Assembly: GCA_964016885.1 (NCBI GenBank) | Contig: OZ024743.1 | Span: 37,386,001 to 37,450,000 of the forward strand | Source: Eledone cirrhosa | Taxonomy: Eukaryota | Length of the DNA: 64,000 nt | Direction of reading: 5' to 3' | Part shown: one piece after another, positions 53,866 through 64,000 of the stretch | Numbering within the stretch: position 1 is the stretch's first letter | Layout: every line of letters starts with the position of its first letter | The notes under the pieces: model-generated | The model's database searches: none | What the model was told of the DNA's origin: nothing | The model's input: the letters and a program-made list of their open reading frames with translations, nothing else | Translations under genes and position numbers: made by a program

Positions 53866-54843
53866 TGAAATTCTGTTAAAAAATATAGGGGTCACTTTCG
53901 GTCAAATATGGCCATGAGGTGACGCCTTCGTGAAATAAAAACCCGCCTCTTTGCTTAGGTCGGTACGTGAAGCCAGTAGTAATCGAACCGGGGTATTATG
54001 GCAATTTAAAATGAGGAGAGATCTATTGTCTCCACCCTCATCAAGCTGCAATCAAACATTTCAAGTACGACATGAAAACGGAAGAGTCGCTTCCACCGGG
54101 GAATCTGCAGAATCTGTGGGGATATAAAACAAATAGAATATTTGAATACGCATCTATTGTGCAATAGATACTTTACACAAAACATAACCAGCCTGCCTTA
54201 TGACGATATTCAGAAGAAAATGTCTATCACTAACAAATAATTGGAGAGCAAGAGAGGGGTTTTTTTAAATGCCTTTTTAAAAAAAAAACAGTAAAGAGAA
54301 GCCCTATGAGGTATTTGGAAAAAACCAGCATCGTTTTAAGGAACGAAAATACAGATAAAAATACAAGCAGGGACATTTAGGCATACACTTCAAATAACTG
54401 AATAATCCCAACTTATATGCATTGAGATCTTTTTTCATTATACATTACATGGAAATGCATACGACACTATATTTATGTGCATATATCGAAATGCATAACC
54501 ACACATGTATATATATACATACGCAAAAATACATACACACAAATACGCATACAACCACACCCATATATATGGGCGTGTGTTATCATATTGAGTTAGCTAT
54601 ATTACGTGAAACGTGATATCACACGACACTTAAAAAATAGCAAACACTCGAATATCCTCGAAGCAGATGCGACTCTATTTTATGGATATAAGTATTCCAT
54701 AAAGCTGTTTACGTTGAGAAGAACACCGAGGAAGAAAGACAAGACAAACAAAACAAAACAGTGATGTGGATGTACCCCCCCCCCCCCCCACCACCACCAC
54801 ATACAGAACAATACATACACGTATATATGTATATGTATATATG

Positions 54844-54915
<72 letters not shown>

Positions 54916-54919
54916 CATA

Positions 54920-54958
<39 letters not shown>

Positions 54959-55195
54959 GTGTAAGCATATATATACGTGTATACAAATGTATGTCTATAT
55001 GTATATATGTACATACACTTATGTATATATACATATAGACACACATGTATATATGTATGAATATATATATATATATATATATATGCATATGTATATATGC
55101 GTATATATATGTATACATATGTATATATGTATATGTATATATATCAGGGGCGAAGGGTCCATGCATGCGTTATAGAATCTTGAGTTGATCAATTG

Positions 55196-55430
<235 letters not shown>

Positions 55431-55586
55431 GCACACACACTACATGCGGCAGGGTCATTTAGAGGGAATTGGGGGGAGGGGTAAGGCTGCACAGCCCCAC
55501 TTTCCGCCATGGCGATTGGACTGCAAGCCCTGCTTTCCAGGTTCCCCTTTGCCACTGATATATATATATATTTGTGTGTGTGTGTG

Positions 55587-55650
<64 letters not shown>

Positions 55651-55747
55651 TAAGCATACATATATATACACATATATATATATATATATTTATACATGTG
55701 CACATGTTTAAAGGTATATATGGTTATATATATATGCATATATATAT

Positions 55748-55780
<33 letters not shown>

Positions 55781-55981
55781 AACACACATAAACACACAAA
55801 GATACACAAACATATATATATATATATATATGTAAATTAATAGAAACTATGAAATAAATATATATATATGTATATATTTATATCTGTTTGTGTATAAATA
55901 AAAATTTATGTGTACTTACATAAATATGTACATATATATGAATGTATATATACTCTCATATATATATATGCACACACACAC

Positions 55982-56051
<70 letters not shown>

Positions 56052-56064
56052 TTGTGTGTGTATA

Positions 56065-56123
<59 letters not shown>

Positions 56124-56379
56124 TAAAAAAGGACCTATTTCTTAACAGCACACAATATCTATCTCGAAAAAACAGTTAGTGCCACCAATTATGCATTTAT
56201 TCACTCATGAACATCAAGACACATTAGCAGCACACCGACGTATTACTATAATTCTTTCTACGAAATCACTGTCCTTTCCACGTGATTTACACCAACATAG
56301 AATATCTACAGAGTAGCGGTTGTGGTAGTAGTATTACTAGTAGACGTAGCAATAGCACTGGTAGTATCAGTAGCAGCTG

Positions 56380-57110
<731 letters not shown>

Positions 57111-57992
57111 CTGAAGAAATCAATCAACAGCTATCACAATAGAAACGACAGCAACAGTAATAACAGCAACACCGACAAAATATGAACAACAAAAACGACG
57201 ACAACCAACACAACAAAGTTAAGCTCCACCATTGTAAGAGCAGTCACCACAATATCAGCAGCACAACAAATATAACAACCATCACTACCATAAGGTGGCA
57301 ACAACAACAGCAACAACAACAGCTACCATGATAATAGTCACAACAATCACAACAGTAGCAACACCTCTGACAACAACAACAACAGTAAGAACAGCAACAG
57401 CTGCAACAACAACAATAACAGCATCTACAGCCACAGCATCAACTGTTTCTACAGCAATACATAACTAGCTGAAAATGAGAAGTTGGGAAAGAGAAAGAGA
57501 GGGAGAGAGAGAGGGGGAGAGAAAGAGAGAGAGGGGGAGAAAGAGGGAGAGGGAGAGAGAGAGAGGTAGATATATAGACAGATATATAGAGAGATAATGA
57601 GAGAGAGAGAGGTAGAGATAGATAGATAGATAGATAGAGATAGGGAGAGGGTTGAGAAAGAGTGAGAGAGAGAAAGAGATAGAGAGAGAGAGAAAGCAAG
57701 AGAGAGAGAGAGAGAAAGAGGGAGTGAGAAAACAAGAGAGAGAAAGAGAGAGATAGATAGATATATATATATGCATATATATATATATAGAGAGAGAGAG
57801 AGAGGGAGAGAGAGAGTAATCTGGAAGGCGAATTAAAGAAAACTTAAAAAATGAAAATATTACTGTTAATGGTGGATAAGAAGAAGAATTCGTATAAGAA
57901 ATTGATGCTGCTGCTGATGATGATGATTATGACGAAGATGATGACGAGGATGATGATGATGGCAATAACAACAACAACAACAACAACAACGA

Positions 57993-58024
<32 letters not shown>

Positions 58025-58039
58025 TTACAATAATGATGA

Positions 58040-58476
58040 TAATAATTGTTTCTACTTTTGGCACAAGGCCAGCAATTAGCCAGTACATTACTGGTACTTT
58101 ATTTTATCGACCCCGTAAGGATGAAAGGCAAAGTTAACCTCGGCGGGATTTGAACTCAGAAAGGCAAGGGCCGTAACTCTATGCGTCAAAGCATGGCGTC
58201 CGACTCTCTACCGGTACTGCCAAACCACCATGATAATAATTGTTTCTACTTTAGGCACAAGGCCAGCAATTACCCAGTTCATTAATGAATAATAATAATA
58301 AGAAGAAAGATGAATTGTTGTTGTTATTATGGTAGTATCGATAGAGTTACGGCCCCTTGTGGTCTTAGTTCAAATCCCGCCGAGGTTAACTTTGCCTTTC
58401 ATCCTTACGGGATCGATAAAATAAAGTACCAGTAATGTACTGTGTAATTGCTGTCCTTGTGCCTAAAGTAGAAACA

Positions 58477-58480
<4 letters not shown>
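58040..58480. mobile_element. SINE A copies (minus 58040-58228, minus fragment 58233-58280, plus 58330-58480)
   Basis: Homology to family A. Confidence 0.85.
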
Positions 58481-58533
<53 letters not shown>

Positions 58534-58577
58534 GCCATCATCATCACCATCACCATCATCAGTATTGTCATCATCAT

Positions 58578-58704
58578 TTCTTTGTTATTTTATTTCAACC
58601 TCTGTTTTTTTTACACGCAGAAATGCCCTTTTGTACCGTCCTGTATTGTCCTGTACTGTCCTTAATGTCTACTTTATGTAAACCCTTGTGGTTAATAAAG
58701 AAAA

Positions 58705-58705
<1 letters not shown>
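58578..58705 (+). mobile_element. Severely 5'-truncated copy of the Tx1 3'UTR
   Basis: Closely matches 35820-35935 (ttacacgcagaaatgccc...aaacccttgtggttaataaagaaa); (ATT)n tail; long flanking duplication. Confidence 0.9.
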
Positions 58706-58753
<48 letters not shown>

Positions 58754-59241
58754 GCCATCATCATCACCATCACCATCATCAGTATTGTCATCATCATCAT
58801 CATCATCATCGGCAGCAGCGTCATTATTATTGTTATAAAAATAAACGAAATAATGAGAAAAAAACACAGAAATAGAATCTGCCAAAGTATATAGAATATT
58901 GGTAGGAGAAATAGCGAAATAATAAGAAAGAAAAATATATACAAGAAACTGGTACCCCCCCCCCCATAACAATAATAATATTATTATGCATATATTTATA
59001 TCTATCTATCTATCTCTCTCTATATGTATATGTACGGATGTATGTACGTATGTATTTATGTACGTATGTATGTATGTATATATATATTTATTTATTTATA
59101 TATATATATATATGAATATATACATACATATATATATATATATGAATATATATATATATATATATATATATGAATATATATATGAATATATATATAAATA
59201 TATATATGAATATATTTATATATATATATATGCACACACAT

Positions 59242-59292
<51 letters not shown>

Positions 59293-59296
59293 TATG

Positions 59297-59408
<112 letters not shown>

Positions 59409-59942
59409 AGCGGAGTTGATAGAATAATTCTAAGCCGAAGAAGATGGAAGTAAATGCAAAAGGCACTGAAGAATAGAGAAGATGTGAAAGAAGAATTTTG
59501 AAATATATAGAATATATGGAATAAGTGGAGTTGGGAATGATTGAAAACATATAGAAGAAGAATTAGCAACAAATAAAAGCTAAAAAAACAGAAGACAAAT
59601 AAAAGAAAACCTAAAAACATACATAAAAGAAATGGCGGAAAAAATAGCAAAATAACCAAGATGAAGACGACGGAAAGAAACGTATGTAAATGAAGATGAA
59701 ATTGAGGTTAAAAGAGAAATGGTAAAGGATAGAGAATTCACATGAATGGCTATATACATTATGTGCACATGGCAGGGCAGGAGAGAAATGTGAATAATTG
59801 TAAATATACGTACAGTGGGGCGAGGTGGATTTCTTTATCGTTTTTTCCAATTATTATTTCGTTTATTTATTTCCCCTTCGATTTTTAGTTTTGGAGGGAT
59901 ATTTCTTTTGTATTTCCAACAAGAAAAAACAAAGTACTTATA

Positions 59943-59993
<51 letters not shown>

Positions 59994-59996
59994 ACA

Positions 59997-60057
<61 letters not shown>

Positions 60058-60060
<3 letters not shown>

Positions 60061-60464
60061 CTTTGCGAGGTTTTTGATATGAAATCGTGTGTCGAAACAA
60101 ATATTGTTATACTTGGTGAGGGTCATATTTGTGTAATAATGTCGCCAGAATTAATAACAGAACACACTCACTATTTGATTGAAAACATGGGGTAGGCATA
60201 TAATAGAACAGGAGGAAACATAATAGCACCACTGACGATGTTGTAGATGTGCAACGAAAGAACTTTGTTAAACTATATATATGTATTTGTGTCTATATTA
60301 TATCTGTATTTTGACCGTTGGTCAGTCAATGGTAACACTAAGGACCAAATAAATTAAATTAACCGATATAAAAGACACAGAAGCGAAAAACCAACCAACC
60401 AAACAGTGAGTGTGTTCTGTTATTAATTCTGGCAATATTATTACACAAATATGACCCTCCCCAA

Positions 60465-60470
<6 letters not shown>
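60058..60470 (-). mobile_element. Family B-related fold-back element
   Basis: cttggtgagggtcatatttgtgtaataat..ccagaattaataacagaacacactcact and its reverse complement at ~60405-60465; tail on the left; (TA)n flanks. Confidence 0.75.
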
Positions 60471-60505
<35 letters not shown>

Positions 60506-60508
<3 letters not shown>

Positions 60509-60655
60509 GATATTAAACAAATGGAAACTATATTTATAAAACCATATTTATTTCATTATACATATTTCGGGGATACCATATTAAAAATATGGCATGCCTT
60601 CTTCAGATAAAATACAATATATAAACAGTTTTATAAATAATTTTGACGTACCATA
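60506..60655 (-). mobile_element. Pseudo-LTR copy of the 17.66 kb family with a hammerhead core
   Basis: Minus strand reads CTGAAGA-a-ggcatgccatatt-ttt-aatatggtatccc-c-GAAA-TATG-TA; inverted partial partner at 61481-61562. Confidence 0.75.
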
Positions 60656-61560
60656 AATATTGAGCAACCGTTATGTAGGAAGCCGGTTTGGTAGTGAGAT
60701 GTTTATAAATATTTAGTGTTAAGCACAGTTAAAAAGAAAGACGGGGAAAAAGAAGAAATGTATGTAAAGAAAAACAGAGAGAAATAGAGAGAGATAGGGG
60801 AGAGAGAAATAGTGAGGAGGTGAAAAAAGAGACGCAGCTGAAGGCAACATATGAATAATAATAATTCATCATACAAATTGAGAGATTTAGGAGGGAGGGA
60901 GTACTGTAATTATTTAGTTATAGTGTTAAGGACAGTTAGGGAGGAGACGGAGAGAAATAAAAAATGAAGAGAAAACAGAGAGAGAGAAAAATAGAGGTGG
61001 GGGGAAAAAAGAAAGAGGTAGACCAAATAATAATTATATAGGGGCAGGTGAAAATCAAGAGAGAAATAGGAGAGAAATAAGAGAGAAACCTGAGAGGCAA
61101 AGTCAAACCAACAGATACATAGACTTCATCATATATAAAGAGGGAGGAGAAGAAAGAGCTATATCTAGAGAGAGGATGATAGATTTACATCTTTACGTTA
61201 TGTCCTATCAATTTGAATTATCAATTCATATGAACTGGGTAATATAATGTAAATATCAATATTCATGAATGAGACATAGATATATAATGTGTGAAAATAA
61301 TTTTGCTCAATAATGACCATATGTTTAGTTTAAAATTCTGAGGTCGATGTATCAAAAACTGAGATAAAACTTCAAAAAAATACGGAAATATATAAGTATA
61401 TACATACACATGCATATGCACTTTCCGGAAAAGGAAAGAAAGAGAGAAAGAGAAGGTCATCTCAAGTTCTAGTTGATATTATATTTTTAATATGGTATCC
61501 CCGAAATATGTATAATGAAATAAATATGGTTTTATAAATATAGTTTCCATTTGTTTAATA

Positions 61561-61954
61561 TTGAAGCTTATCAAGGCCAACTACCCCGCCCGTCTACTGA
61601 GATCAATGATGTTATATTCTTATAGAAATCTAGTAAATAATCAGGAGCTGATTATGCCTGACCAACAACCGCTCTGCATAATCAGCTCCTGATTATTTAC
61701 TAGATTTCTATAAGAATATAACATCATTGATCTCAGTAGACGGGCGGGGTAGTTGGCCTTGATAAGCTTCAACAAAAGCGAAACATGTCATGTCGGCTTA
61801 TCTCCTCCTGTTTGCTGAGATCGAAGTGAGTGAATTTGTCACTACTTTAAAACAATAGCTTACGGTCTTCAACATGCTTTTAATTAAGCATAAAGTGTAT
61901 TGCAAAATACATTATATATACATCCATATATATATTGCTATTTCAGAGCTACAA

Positions 61955-61960
<6 letters not shown>
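61561..61960 (+). mobile_element. Fold-back element (97-bp arms, 18-bp spacer) with a U3-A8 hammerhead core
   Basis: Arms 61561-61657 and 61676-61772; TTGATAA-GCTT-caacaa-AAGC-GAAA-CATG-TC at 61759-61789. Confidence 0.8.
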
Positions 61961-62033
<73 letters not shown>

Positions 62034-62121
62034 CCCTTATTGAGTGCTTTACTAACTCATTACTTATTGTAGGTCGAATTTGCTTGGCTACAGCCAAGGC
62101 CTCGATTTTACTAAGCTTCCA

Positions 62122-62205
<84 letters not shown>

Positions 62206-62286
62206 TATACATATATATATATATATACACACATATATATATATATACACACACATATATATATATATTTATATATATATATATAT

Positions 62287-62635
62287 ATATTTATTAAAAT
62301 AACAGATTAAAGTTTAAGCAAAGAATCGCTGCTTTCACCCTTAACGGGATCTTCTGAAACTAACAAAGTCAATCTGTAAACGCAGAAGTGGATATTTCAA
62401 AAAATATTTCAAAAATATTTCAAAATGTTTTTTTGAAATATCCACTTCTGCGTTTACAGATTGACTTTGTTAGTTTCAGAAGATCCCGTTAAGGGTGAAA
62501 GCAGCGATTGTTTGCTTAACCATTAATCTGTTATTTTAATAAATATTTGCTCTACCGTTCTTTTATATTTTTGATATATATTTATCCTTATCGAGCCCTC
62601 TTTGGATTTTAGTCTTGAAATTTATTATTATTAAT
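62287..62635 (+). mobile_element. Fold-back element (~118-bp arms) plus tail, with a hammerhead-like core
   Basis: Arms ~62287-62404 and ~62429-62546 with 3 mismatches seen; CAGAAGA-t-CCC-gttaa-GGG-t-GAAA at 62477-62500. Confidence 0.8.
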
Positions 62636-62642
62636 ATATATA

Positions 62643-62679
<37 letters not shown>

Positions 62680-62716
62680 ACATATGTATATATATATGTA
62701 TATATATATATATATA

Positions 62717-63215
62717 TATTGTTATACTTTGGGAGGATCATGTTGCCAATAAGAAACACACGCACCAGTTGCTTTCACTTCAATTTATTATAAATTAAAT
62801 TTATAAATTTAGGAGCTTATAAATTTCCGGTTGGTTGGTTGGTTCCACAACCAGACGATTGTTCATATATTGTCAAAGTTCTTTCGTCACACATTCGGTG
62901 ACCTCTTCAGTGACTGGGGATTCTTTTCTTTGTTTTTGTGCCACTCCTTTGTTCTGTCCTACGCCATCTTGTTTTTGCGTGTGTTGTGTGCTTAGTTTGC
63001 GCATGTGTTACATCCGGGTGTCTGTGTGTGTTTATATTTGTTTATTTATTTGTTTATTTACATGTTACAGGTTGGTTGCTTGTTCTATGTGAAGTGAAAG
63101 CAACTGGTGCCTGTGTTTCTTATTGGCAACATTACCCTCCCAAAGTATAACAATATCGGTTTCAACAGACGTTTTCAGATAAAGAATTTGGCTAAACGAA
63201 TTCAGAAACGAAATA
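62717..63215 (+). mobile_element. Family B fold-back element (long form)
   Basis: About 65-bp inverted arms (tattgttatactttgggagg..gctttcacttca and reverse complement) plus the same tail as 18213-18270. Confidence 0.8.
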
Positions 63216-63240
63216 TATATATATATACTATATATACTAT

Positions 63241-63800
63241 ACTATCCTTAATAAGAATACCATTAGACTCTCTTACTCTACCACACCTAATCTAGCTAGA
63301 AACTTAGCCAACAATAACATCAAGAAGCTAAATAAGTCTACTTTTTCCGAAGCCCATCCAGCAACCGATAGCAACTGCAATTGCCCTGATAAGACGACCT
63401 GCCCTCTCAACAACAACTGTCTAAAAAAAGATCTCGTGTATATATGCGATGTACTCTAAGGCCCCGATGAAAAAAGAAACTCGTACATCGGGATGACTTC
63501 TAATAGTTTTAAGACTCGCTGGTACGCCCACACACATTCGTTCCGGCGCCCAGACAAATCTAACCAAACTACACTCGCCGCCCACATCTGGCACCTAAAA
63601 AGGAACTCCATCCCCTTCAAGACCCAATGGAGACTACTCCAGAGAGCGCGATCATACACGGGAGGCCATAATTGCTGTGACCTCTGTATCTCCGAGAGCT
63701 ATGAGATTCTATTCGCCAAAGGCCCTCTCCTCAACAAGATCTTGGAACACTCCCCTTATTGCATGCACAAGAACTATGCAAATTACAAAAACTACAGACC
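63241..63800 (+). pseudogene. Penelope-like element linker and GIY-YIG endonuclease (3' fragment)
   Basis: In frame from 63241: LNKNTIRLSYSTTPN..CNCPDKTTCPLNNNC..LVYIC (TAA at 63457) ..YIGMTSNSFKTRWYAHTHSF..TTLAAHIWHLK..CDLCISE. Confidence 0.85.
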
Positions 63801-64000
63801 CCCCCGGCCCCCCGACCGACCCCCCCATATACCCCCACCCCCGCCCCCATCCCTTTTCCGTCCCTACATCTCTCATTATTACCCTCTTTCCTTCCCTCTA
63901 TCTCTCATTATTACCTTCTTTACTCCCCTCCAGGTCTTATATATTGTGTTGTATGCCTCTGAGTAAAGTTCCGTGGCCGCACACACAAATTCACGTATAT

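Overview
Eukaryotic, AT-rich and microsatellite-saturated DNA with no recognisable host gene. The repeat repertoire looks like a coleoid cephalopod (octopus-like) genome; that assignment is inference. Nearly all small ORFs in the track are translations of (TA)n, (CA)n, (TC)n or (AAG)n runs. The real coding content is retroelements: a near-full-length Tx1/L1-clade LINE (29.9-35.9 kb, +) joined tail-to-tail with a near-full-length R4/Dong-type REL-endonuclease LINE (36.0-39.9 kb, -), a 5'-truncated CRE-type LINE (49.1-50.8 kb, -), decayed RTE, R4, Gypsy and Penelope-like (PLE) fragments, and about 25 copies of one tRNA-derived SINE. Two observations stand out. (1) A recurring architecture of (TA)n + long fold-back palindrome + short one-sided tail + (TA)n, often carrying minimal hammerhead-ribozyme cores including U3-A8 variants; these look like PLE pseudo-LTR-derived hairpin mini-elements. 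(2) The SINE 3' end matches the Tx1 LINE 3' end in register and both end in (ATT)n, suggesting a Tx1-mobilised SINE that targets ATT/TAA repeats. All alignments were done by eye and element boundaries are approximate.
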